Positions 52,986-64,000 of a DNA stretch of 64,000 bases are shown here, one piece after another. The translations under genes and the position numbers were made by a program. How positions within the stretch are numbered: position 1 is the first letter of the stretch; the number at the start of each line of letters is the position of its first letter. Under the pieces are notes generated by a model. That model did not search any database and was not told where the DNA came from. It saw only the letters and a program-made list of their open reading frames with translations. Origin of the DNA: Sphaerodactylus townsendi (taxonomy: Eukaryota); assembly GCF_021028975.2 (NCBI RefSeq), contig NC_059427.1:70308001-70372000 (forward strand). The letters are read 5' to 3'.

Positions 52986-54261
52986 CAACTGTGAAATTGA
53001 CAAGAGTTCCATGCAGGTAGGAGGGAAAGATCTATTTTGGCTGGCGATACTTTTGGCTGGCTGTTTTTGGTAGGCTGTGTGAACTAAAAAAGTTTTAAAA
53101 GATCTCTTTAAAATGTCTGCAGGATAGTTTATTTCTGCTGTATGGAAATCACTATTGTCACTTCCAACAGTTTGCAAGTCAGGAAGGCTTGCAGCTCACC
53201 AATCCTCCAGTCCCTCTACCCTTCATGGTAGGAACCACTTGCCAAGCTCAAGCTCCATTAGGCACTGGAGCATGGAGTGGGAGTTGTGTTGAGGAAAAGT
53301 GCTCAGAAGAGCCAAAGGTGGTATGTTAGACAGCCACATGTGGCTCTTGAGCCCCTGGGGGAGTACCACTGCTTTAAATGATACCACTTGGTATTAAGTC
53401 AGTATCAGAAGTATTCTAGACAAAGAGTAAGGAATGACTGTGCTGATATTTGTTGCAATACAATTTGCCTTATTCTTAGAATTGCAAACTCAGAGGACTT
53501 AAGGACTTTTAGCATAGCTGATTTATGGTTTATGGCAGTGCACTCCTAAAGAGAGTGACATCCTTATAAGCCAGTTAAAGTCAATGGACTTCGGAGGGTG
53601 TAATTATGTTTAAGATGGCATTAATTTATACTTACAATGCTTAAAAAGTGGCCTAGGATTTCATAATTAACTGCAAAAATAAAAATAAGTAGACTTGGTG
53701 AGGCATAAACTCCTCTTCAACTGTATGCAGTTGCTTGAAGAAAAAGTTTCCATCACAACCGCTATTGCTACAACCACTTTCAAAAATTTTCTTCCTTGCC
53801 TGATATAGTTAAAATGTTATTCGTTATCTTCATTTTCCTTAACTGCATTATTTTAAGACTACTTACTGCTGAAATGCTATATTCTTGATATTTATACACT
53901 ACCTTTGGAAGAACCCCTTGATATCAATTTCACCACCTTTGGCAATGATTTCCACAGATTAACTGGGAGAAATAGCAAATAATTAACTCTGAATGAACAC
54001 AGTGCTCTTGGTCTAGGAGGGCATTAGAGCTTGTATATAAGGATGGTTATTTCTTACACTCCTATGTTTCTCCCTATAAATTTGTTGGAAGAAAGGGCCC
54101 TGAAGTTTATTGAACAGAGGCTTCCTAAATTAAAGAAAAATGGTTGGAGCATCAGGGTGCACAAATCATCTGGTGACCTTCTTAGGTCAGTTTTGCTGGC
54201 CAGTAAACAGGTAAATGAAGGAGAAAAGGAGAAAGGTCATTTGGACCTATGCATATTAATA

Positions 54262-54493
54262 CCCTGCTTCCCCGAATATAAGACATCCCCTGAAAATAAG
54301 ATGTAGTAGAGGTTTTGCTGAAGTGCGAAATATAAGGCATCCCCTGAAAGTAAGACGTAGCAAAGTTTTTGTTTGGAAGCATGCGCGACGAACAGAACTC
54401 AGAAAAATAAGGCATCCCCTGAAAATAAGACATAGCGCATCTTTAAGAGCAAAACTTGATATAAGACACTGTCTTATTTTCGGGCAAACATGG
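54262..54493. mobile_element. Tc1/mariner (Tc2/pogo-like) MITE
   Basis: TA TSD on both sides, TIRs CCCTGCTTCCCCGAATATAAGACA / TGTCTTATTTTCGGGCAAACATGG, repeated internal ATAAGRCATCCCCTGAAA motifs. Confidence 0.8.
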
Positions 54494-54499
54494 TACCTT

Positions 54500-54650
54500 C
54501 AAGTTGTGACCATTGCATAGTGATCCCATCAAGGGGCTTTCAAGGCAAGTGAGAAGCAGATGTGGTTTGCCACTGTCTTCTTCTGCAGTGTCTCCTATCC
54601 AAGTTCCAATACTGCTAAGCTGCCAAGAGAGATCTGGCAATATCACATCA
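54500..54650 (-). mobile_element. Degenerate 5S-derived SINE
   Basis: Reverse-complement similarity to the 1090-1250 element (TCTCCTATCCAAGT; CAAGGCAAG...GTGGTTTG). Confidence 0.5.
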
Positions 54651-55189
54651 CCTTCCCTCTCTTATTTAGACCAACAAAATGCTTTTACTATGAACAAAAA
54701 AGAGCCTTGCTGGATCAGGCCAGAGGATCATTTAGTCTGATCATCTGTTTCCAACAGCAGCCATTCAGGTGTCTGTGAGAGGTTCATAAAGAGTGCAAAA
54801 GTGACAGTCGTCCTTTATTGTTTGAGGCCAGCATCTAGTAATCAGAATATGAAAGCCCAATTTAGCTAGCATGTCTAGTAACTGGTGATTGACTTATTCT
54901 CAATGCATTTGTCTATTCCTTTTCAGAAGTTGTTCTTTGGAAACCCCAAACCTGCAAAAGGGAGGGCTGTTGCCCCATTGACTTCCAGTACCACCAATTA
55001 ACACAAGAAGTGATACATTCCATTCAAACCGAATAGAAGAAAATGGGCAGATGTCTTCAGTTCTCCTGGCACAATCATGATTCACACTGAAGCTGTGATC
55101 AATGATGATGTAAAGTTTTTAATTCCCTGGCTCACTGCACAAATTTTAGCAGCACATAAAACTTGCCTGTATTTCACGATGCCCTCTCA

Positions 55190-55709
55190 GGCCCGTTCCG
55201 CACACACCAATAAACATAGGTTCAGGACATTAAAAAACCCAATTGGGGGGGGGGGGGACTTCACACAGATCCCGCCTCTAAATTGAGTCTGCCCCATGTT
55301 ATTTCCCCCCAACCTTTTTGAGAAGCTCGCTACTAGCAAGTCTTTTCAAAAATCCCAGGTTGCAGCTGCATGCGAGCGAACGGTTGGGCAGGCGGCAGTT
55401 TAGTCGCCTCCCTTTTCCCCTAAAAAAATTATTGCAGCTTATATCTGCATAGCTACATAGGTGCAGATAGTCATATTGTGAGAATCAGCATACTTGTGGG
55501 AGTTCATTTGTGCATGCCCGGGTAGGTTTGCATTGGTGGGAAGTAAGTAAAAAAAAAAAGATGCATCTCTTTGTGAAGACATGATGGCAACCCAGTTTGT
55601 TTCTGTGGGCTCCAATCACTGCCTGCACAGATGCATGTGAATGTAAAAACAGGAAAACAGGTTACTTTATCTCAACTGCAACCCATACATTTGCTGTGTG
55701 GAAGGGGCC
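55190..55709. mobile_element. PIF/Harbinger-like MITE
   Basis: TIRs GGCCCGTTCCGCACAC / GTGTGGAAGGGGCC and a 3-bp TSD TCA/TCA. Confidence 0.78.
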
Positions 55710-57564
55710 TCAGAGAGGCTTCCCATGAGATCTTCCTGCTGCTGCTTTTGCCACCGTTGCCGTGCACAGAAAATGGAGCAGTTGGGCTAGACATAGGAGC
55801 TTGTGGGGACTGGAGACTCAAGGGGACCCCTTTTTGGATCAGGAACAGGGGGAATTTACCCATCACTTGTGGAGGCTGCTGGAGTGAAGGCAGTGCTCAT
55901 TTCTACCTTAGCACTTTCTTAGGATATCATTTTCTCAGAAATTTCACTATAGTAATCTGCCACCAATCTACGCTCCGTATTTGGAGGGACAAAATAGGGG
56001 ATATTTTCTTTTTTTCTTCTAAAGAAAGGTTCACCAAGATCTACCAAGTCAGTAGAGCCAATTGATAGTCCTCTATCAATGCAAAAGTTAAGTATAGAAT
56101 TAATGCAAAAGTTACATGCAGGTCCTGTAGGATTGGTTTTGGTATCTAAAGTATCTCAGGCTTAGAAATAGTTGAAAAGAGTTAGCTGGTTTAATCAGTG
56201 CTTAAATTATTTAAAACAAAAATCTTTACCATGCTGCAAAGCATTAAGATGCCCTAACTTTCAAACTTCTTCAACTTCTTTCTTGCAGCAGATCAAGAGT
56301 ATAAGCTTCTGGATACTCTAGTGATTTCAAGGCATTGTGGTGCTTTCAACATGACCACTTCAATTGCCTATGAGACGAGGCAAAGCATAGGCTACATAAT
56401 GTCACTCAGGTTTCTTTCCAGGATCCTTATGCCCTTGTTAACCTAGTACTGAGCCCTGGTTATTCCAAAAATAGAGAGAGGCTCCTCTGCCTTTCCATCT
56501 TTGCTCCACTGCAAATCATCTCCCTGTTTAATCTACATTTCCCTGGCTGACATGCAAGCCTATTATTTCCTGTCCCAATTCACTAATGAGATGAATTGGT
56601 CCCTGTCCTCTTTAAAATCCCCATAGGGTTTCCTGATTGGCAGAGTATGTCTTCTTATTCTCTTCAATGTTCTTTCTCTACATTACTTTCCAAAGATTGT
56701 GTGCAGCTATGCTGGAGTCAGGGTGGGAGAAAGAACAATGAATCCAAACTGTGCTTTTGTGCAAGATGTATATGTTTGTGAGAGTGTGAAACAGAAGGGT
56801 GGGTGCCTTTTTCCTAGCTTGGGACAAAAATTATTCAAAGTTGTGAATAATTTTTAACAAAAATACAAAAAGCAATTTTAGATCCAGGGTAAAAAACAAA
56901 ACATGAGAGAGACCCAGCTGATCTCGTCAAGCAGTCTTTAGCAGTCCAATGTCATTTACTTTGGCATGTCAGACACCATAGAGAGTATTTAGGATCCTGA
57001 TGGGCTCTCATAAGGAAGATATATTATATACAAATGCAGTGATTTGATGGTATCTGAATAGGAATGAACAAATCTGGAGGCTTGAATTCTGTTCATATGT
57101 TGTGGTGGCAGAAAGTCTCCTAGATACTATTCTGGATTAATTTTGATTAGTTGCTAATTGTATAATATGCTCTACATGTAATTGTTCTATCTTGTCTCCA
57201 GTTGTCTTTTCCTCAGTCAGCCATAGAGTCCACCCCAAACCTTTAAAAATAACTAGAGGAAAACATTCACCTTATTATGTCTTACATTGGGTGTCACAGA
57301 TGACTTCAATGAAGATCACAAACTCTGTTCTGAGGTTTTATTGGTTTTTTGACTCTCTTTAAGAACTCCTCCCACTCTGTCTTCAACATACAGCCAAGAT
57401 AATCAAAGAAATATAATATTTTTAGAAACAGTCCCCTTAGTATCCAATCCCCTTATATCCAATTTCTTTGCTCTCACTCCCATCTCTCCTAAAGGAAATC
57501 TTTTTCTAGATGGTTCCTTTATCTTGATATCTTAGATTTCTTACACTTTTCTGACACAGATGGT

Positions 57565-58352
57565 TTCACGTTTGTCCATCAGCCCCGGACACAGGAACAG
57601 GTGGGCGGTGTAGTGATGCTCGTCCGAGATTCTATCTCCTTCAGGATGTCCCCAGTCCCATCGATCATTGGCTTGGAGTGTTTGGGCCTTTGCTGGGACT
57701 CTCCTGAGAGGCTGGCTGTTCTGCTGGTGTACCGGTCTCCTAGCATGCCAGTAGACAGCTTATCATGGCTCCTTGAGGTCATCTCTGGCTGCTTATTCCT
57801 TGAGGTCATCTCTGGCTGCATATTCACTGGCTGCTTATCGAGTTCCGGATCATGTTCAAGGTTTTGGTTCTGACCTTTAAGGCTGTGATTGGTCTTGGAC
57901 CTCCATACTTGCGGGACTGCATCTCCCCATATTGCCCCTTCAGGGCCCTCCATTCTTCGGAGGAGTATCTGCTGGAGGTCCCCGGCCCCAGAAACATCCA
58001 GCTGGCCACTTCGAGGGCCAGGGCTTTTACTGCCTTGGCCCCCATGTGACGGAACAGGCTTCCTAAGGAGGTTAGGGCCCTGCGAGACCTATGGGACTTT
58101 CACAAGGCCTGTAAAACAGTCTTGTTCCATCAAGCGTTTCCACCTGGCCAGCTGGGAAGATAAATAAGATCATCTCAACTTTCCTATGGGTGCGGAGGGG
58201 AGGGGTGGGTCTTGTTGCCATCTGTTTTATTGACTGGAATGTTTTTACTGGTTTTATATGGATTTTATGCTATTTTATGATGTTGTACGCCGCCCTGAGC
58301 CCTTTGGGGGAGGGCGGGTTACAAATATAAAGAAATAAAATAAATAATAAAT
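57565..58352 (+). mobile_element. Internally deleted L2-like LINE (endonuclease fragment joined to ORF2 C-terminus and 3' end)
   Basis: GGVVMLVRDS...LECL...LLVYRSPS (APE endonuclease) directly precedes FKVLVLTFKAVIGLGPPYLRD...RARAFTALAP and the tail. Confidence 0.82.
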
Positions 58353-58469
58353 ACACTTTAAAACATGCATGTCATTCAGACCCATATTAAACAATGCTGA
58401 CATTCTATTCTTCTCAAATTATAGTAACATCAAGGGTTGATTATAACCACCATAAAAATTGATACTTAG

Positions 58470-59150
58470 CTGGCCTTTTTCCCCATGCCTCTTGAGTCCA
58501 AAAATGTTACAACACACAGCACAGCTTCCAAAGTCAAATGGCTGCACAAGTCTTGAATTTGTGAAATAATCTTCTGTAACGACATTTCCCCCACTGCTCA
58601 GCTAGACATCCCTGACCCAATGGTAACACTTTCCAAGTCCACCAAATAGTTATATGCATTTTTCTTTATGAAATTAAGTTCTTTACATGGCAAGTGCAAA
58701 TCTTCCACATTAATTAGCAAGTTTACAGGTGGTACATACCATGTGATTTCCCATATCTCTGTGTAAAACCCTTCACCAGAATCTTTGGATTTCAAAAAAA
58801 TCTCACCATTGGTGGGTGAAAAGAGAAACATTGTATATGCCAATGGTTTGAATTTCTGCTGCATGAATACAGAGTCTCAAATACTTCCTAGAGTTTGGTA
58901 TCCTTAAAAAAAAATCTTAATTTGCACTTTATTATTTAGATAAAACAAATGTTTAGTCTTCATGGTAATGGAGAAAATATGGGGACAGAACATGGTGACG
59001 TCTTGGACATCCGACAGTGGTTTGGTTGGGCTTCTGGAAGCTAAGGGGAATAGAGATTTAATATCGTTCATGGTTCCCTCTAGCTCATCCATGTCTCCTA
59101 TTGTAAATCTTCCTCTCTCAGCTCTAGTCTCCATGGCTTTCCTATCTCTT
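58470..59150 (-). mobile_element. Possible highly decayed piggyBac-like transposase fossil
   Basis: YVPPVNLLINVEDLHLPCKELNF resembles YxPxxNLxIDEx(4)KGRLxF. Downstream, GGNVVTEDYFTNSRL resembles GRNVxxDNYFTSxxL. Weak similarity, judged by eye. Confidence 0.35.
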
Positions 59151-62100
59151 TTTCATTGTTTCCCATCTAAAATGTGTCTGCTTCACTGGCACTTGCAGAT
59201 TCATTAATATTGTTAAGGTATACATATATTCACTGTAGGAATGTCTTTCCTTTATTTCTTCGTGGCCCTCTGGCCCATTTTTCATATCAGATTCACAATT
59301 CAGTCCTGTCTCCTTAACCCAAGCTCAGCACCTTAAACAGGGCACCATTTCTAGAGTCATATACGAATGGGAGCTTCTCGTCCTCTTGGAAGATGTTTCC
59401 TAACAGAGATGGCATGGGATAGGTGCCAGCTCTGCTCAAGTTTTGTCTCCAATGGATGGAAAATCAAGTATGTGATTAGATTAGAGAGCATGCCGCATGT
59501 AGGAATGTGGTTTGATGAATGAGTTTGTGTGAGGCTTGAAAAATGTTATATACTGATGCACAGGGAGTCTGAAGGGAGTCATGTGTTCCCTCTCTAATAC
59601 TAGTCAATGAAGAGTCATTCTACGTTGGTTCAATGCAAGGGTTTAATTGCAAATGGATGTAGACATTTTTATTATTCCAGCCTGAGTCATTTTTTCCCTT
59701 GTTTCTGGTGCCTGCTTGCTTGAGCCATATTCCTATGTAATGGCATCTTTGGTACTATGAAATGTCAAACGGAAAGGGCATGAAAGTGGAGGATGTTTCT
59801 TCATATGCAGACTCTGTAGCAGTGCTGGGTTCCAGTGAACCTGATTTCTGTGGGAACTATAATATGAAACAACAAAGGCAAATGTAGCAGTGCAATCCAA
59901 TAATACATTCTTCCTTCTCTGCAAATGATAAAGGTAGGTGGTTCTTTCATGATCAGCAAATTCTTTGAGAGTATACTGCTTTTCCTATTACAACCAAATA
60001 ACCCGAGCACTACTATAATTATAAATATTCTCTGGGTAGCCAGTCTGAAATATCAGATAGAGCATTGGACTTGAACAGCAGAGATCTGGGTTCAAATCTC
60101 TGCCCAGCCATTGAGTTCAATGGGTGATCTTGGATCATCCCTATGTCTCAACGTAACAGGATAACATGGAAACATGTCCCATGCTGAGATTTTTGGAGGA
60201 AGGACAAGATTCATACTTGCTTGAAATTAACAGCTTGTACCTGAAATGTGCATTCCAATCCTCCATGCTCTCTCTACCTGCTCAGAGAGTCTCTTTGTTG
60301 TTTTACAAATCCTGCTACACAACTCAAAGCTGGCAGGAGGAAGCATACCAGTATATATGCACTGAGTTTAAGAATACAAGCTATCCTTTCTTCAGTTTTG
60401 AACACAGTCAAAGAATTTCAAGATAATATTTATTTCATTGTGTGATGTGTGTATGCAGAAGGAGAAACTAATATTGGGATGAATAATGAAGAACTGGGGA
60501 ATAAGGCTGGTGAGCCATTTCATCAGTTGGTACATTTCCAGGAGTTTTACCGTATTTCTGGGAAGCAAGGATGGTTTTGCTGTTTGATGTTAGGCAGAAG
60601 TTGCTCTGCCTCCCATTAAGCAATGTTTTGGATGCAAGTATAACTAATAAAGAAGAGTAAAATGTTATTAAGCCTGTGATATCAGAGACAGATAATAGTT
60701 TCTGCAGAACTGATGCTGTTATGAAAGAACTAAGTGGTGGGCACACTCATCTCACTATTGCTTCTATTTAGAAGTTATCCAAATTCTTTAAACTTATAAA
60801 AAAGAAAAGAAGAAAATCTGCAAATGATGGAAAGTTGAGAGAAATGAGTGTGCAGGCCATGCAAAATGATGTTTCTATTACATGAGTTTCAGCTCTCTCA
60901 AAAATTACTTCCCCTCTAATCTAGTTGGTTGGTTTTCCAGTTCACACTACTGGTGATAAGGATTACCAGCTGCATCCTTTTTGGTTTGTGGAGGAATTGC
61001 CATGTTTTTAACAGGAGGAGAGCAAGTAGAACTTTACAAGGAGATGCTCCTTCTAACAATGGGACATAGAAAAGAAAAAAAACATTTCCTGGTCAACTGG
61101 GCACATCTGGACATTATTGCACTGAAACTTAATGGAGATAAGACCTGTATGCTTGCTCCAGTGGGCCAAACAGGAGGTCCACGGGGTCATGTCAGGTCAG
61201 GAACACAGCACTGGAACAGGAGGCTGAACCCCATACCTTTGCAGCATCATTCCTATTAAAATAAGCCCCACAAGCCTGATTTAAATGAAGGGAAATGCCA
61301 GGATCTCCATTCATGAACCTGCCAATGTCTCATGCAGTTCCCCACTTCCCCTGAAAGTTTCTCTCACCAATATGAACCTTGTTAATAACTAATAACTGGA
61401 GCAGGTGAGGATCTGCCAAATTTTTCAGGAAAGAACCACAAGCAGGATTAGTCTTATGTTGAGGCTATTTCCCAGGTCAAGGTTCCCCAACATCAAGTCT
61501 GTGGGCACCATGTCACCTGCCAACACATTTGCACAATATTTTGTGTGGGCCGGGGGGGGGGGGGTTGCCTATCAAGTTTTCTGATAGGCTGTACAGATTT
61601 TTTTAAAAAAAATGTTACTTCAGAAGCAGTTGCTACGACAGCACAAGGATCTTCACTGTTTGACAGAAGGTTAGCTGGCTGTGCCTTTTTCAGCAGTCAT
61701 CTGACAGCCATTTTGTGGCTGCACCCACCACAGTCTGCCAGGTTTCCAAAGATGCCCACAGGCTGAAAAGGGCTGGGAACCCTGTTTTTTGAAATACTTT
61801 TGGTGTGCCTTGTGTGTGGGAGCTTTCTTTTCACAGGATCAAAGGTAGAATGCAGGACCTACTGTTAATTGGAGAGACAAGGGGTAAAAGACTTTGCTCT
61901 CTGCAGCAAAGTCAAATTAGGAATCTACTGAATGGACCTGCAGCAATTAATGGTGAACTGTAGTTGTCTATTGGAGACCTGCGTTTGGACTTCACTGAGT
62001 GAGAAGGGGACTTACAGGTGGATCATGGTTTATGAATCCAGAAGAAGGGATGAGGGAGACTCTATTGAAGTCCCCTTCAAACACTACATTTTTGATAAAC

Positions 62101-63252
62101 GCATAAAATGTTTCCAGAGTATTCCTACAAATGCAGACTGTGAATGTGAGCAATGTGTTTACATACACAAGTTCTTTTGTCTGATAATTGTGCTTGGCTG
62201 CAGCTCTTTGCATGATGAACATTTGGTGACAAATCTGGCTTTCCCTCTGTAGAGGCACTGTGAAATGGTCTAGACACTGGGCCTGGTTGGATGGGTGAAA
62301 AGGGCAGCTGTCAGACTCAAGGATCAGTTCCACAGAGCCGGCAAAGGGCAAAGGGTGGTCGCTTAAACATTTTGCACAATGTGCCAACATGCTGAAGGCG
62401 GTCCTTTACAGAACATGAATAGGAAGAAGACCTTATCTGAGTGGGGCATGTGCTTCTTTGGAGTCTTTTCTCCTGAACAGATTCCATCTATACTCTCACC
62501 CAGACACACTCACACCCCGGGGTTTGAGCAGAGGGGGCAGACATTCCTGTAACACAAAAGCACTCTGGTATCATTGCTTCCCTCCAGCTTCGCTTCCAGA
62601 CTGAGGAGGCTGTTCGTTTGCACTCCACTGGGCTGTGCTTTTTGTGCCTCTGAGGTGCAAATGGCATTGAATGGTCTTGCACATGGCAAGGGCAACATCG
62701 TGTGATTATATTAGTCAGAGCATTCCCTCCTCTGCAGCTTGCAATTTTCTGCCCCCTGGACTGCAGTAATGAACAGCATGATTAGAGTTGGCTACCGAGA
62801 GCTGACACCTTGTTAATGGGCAATATCTTAATCTGGAGATGTCGGTACTAACCCCAAATGCTGCCCAGATGGCTGTGGTTCAAACTGTCACCTCTCCCAA
62901 GGAGTGATAGATAAAGCTTGATTGATCTCTCCTCCAGAATTCCACCAGCATTGCATAGGAAGAGTTTGGGTGTGTAAAAAAACTACAATTACTGTCTGCT
63001 CTTCCAAGGTTAAACTGAAATCAAATAACATTTGGATCTTGCTCCAGGGCTTGCTCTCTAGAGGTAAGAAAATCATTAACTGCCTCAGCTCCCCGACAGT
63101 TTCCAGTATCTCGCTATTGCTCTTCTCCAAACAATTCAAAGGGGGTGGCAAAGCAAATGCTCCATGCAGCTCCCCTCCTGATTTCCCCGTCCTCTATGGC
63201 AGTGTTATTATTACAGCTGGAGAGGAAATGATGCTGTCCTCCATTTCTTGGT

Positions 63253-63256
63253 AGTG

Positions 63257-63295
<39 letters not shown>
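63253..63295. repeat. (GT)n microsatellite
   Basis: Direct observation. Confidence 0.97.
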
Positions 63296-63297
<2 letters not shown>

Positions 63298-64000
63298 AGG
63301 AATGTGTGAACTTCCAAAGCACAATGGTGACAAAAGAACATGAGGCTAATGCATCAGAATTTACCCAAACATAGCTTAAAAGGGTCTGATTATAGAATCC
63401 TGCCTTCCTTTCACTCAGCCTCAGCACAACCTAATTTCCCCGAGGACTTATCCACATGTTTGTTTTGGGTAGAGAGACCCTCCTGACTAGCTCTTGATCA
63501 CCTGCACAAGCATCAGGAATAATCAGTCATAAAATTTGGTGCGGACACAGGGAACACTAGCCAGCTATATGAGTGAACATGTCCAAAGCTGCATTTTGCT
63601 GGTCTATGTGTGGTAGAATTTGGTATGGAAAAGGGCACAGAGTTCCATTGCAGGTGGATGTGTTACAATTCAGTGTCTAAAGCTCCATAGTTCATCAGTG
63701 ATGTTCAAATAGCAGAAAATTAACTACTACTCTCCAGTGTAGTGTGAATAATTTGAGCGACACAAAGAGATGCCTGAAAGTTCTACTCCCCATGTACAGA
63801 TTAGAAAACTTTTGTAAACAAAAAAGTTTGAAATAAGCTATTTACAGAAGGAAAAACAAATTGTTAGGAAATGACATTTATTATGTGAATGATGACATAG
63901 CCTGTAAAGTTTTTGGTAACAAGCCTTCTTCCTATCTACTATCTTTTTCTTTTTTGCTGGCTCTTCAATCTTCCTCTCCTAGTACAGTATGGAGTTCATT

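Noticed and set aside
52400-53200. Continuation of a Copia integrase
   Set aside because: The resemblance is very weak, and the region is better explained by the inverted-repeat element.
54262-54493. CRISPR-like repeated units
   Set aside because: Eukaryotic context; irregular subterminal repeats within a TA-flanked MITE.
59324-59346. REST/RE1-like site CTCAGCACCTTAAACAG
   Set aside because: The critical GG of the right half-site is replaced by AA.

Overview
Vertebrate genomic DNA, most likely a squamate and probably a gecko (inferred from the SINE/L2/CR1/Penelope repeat mix). The window holds the 5' end of a class-3 semaphorin gene, SEMA3F, on the minus strand: a CpG island and promoter at ~40-43 kb, a probable non-coding first exon ending at a donor at 42054, and the first coding exon at 30002-30161. 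A long intron then appears to run past the left edge. That intron contains a decayed, intronless HSF1 retrocopy (4943-6444, minus) split by an hAT-like insertion, and a short Penelope-like insertion with a minimal hammerhead ribozyme motif. Upstream of the promoter is a Ty1/Copia RT-RNaseH relic flanked by MITEs, and a possible piggyBac fossil. Almost all ORFs in the supplied track are spurious. I found no convincing undescribed multi-gene system. The best leads are the HSF1 retrocopy, which stops at an exon junction, the Penelope hammerhead, the Copia relic and several candidate enhancer or CTCF elements. All family assignments come from recalled motifs, not searches, and most repeat boundaries are approximate.
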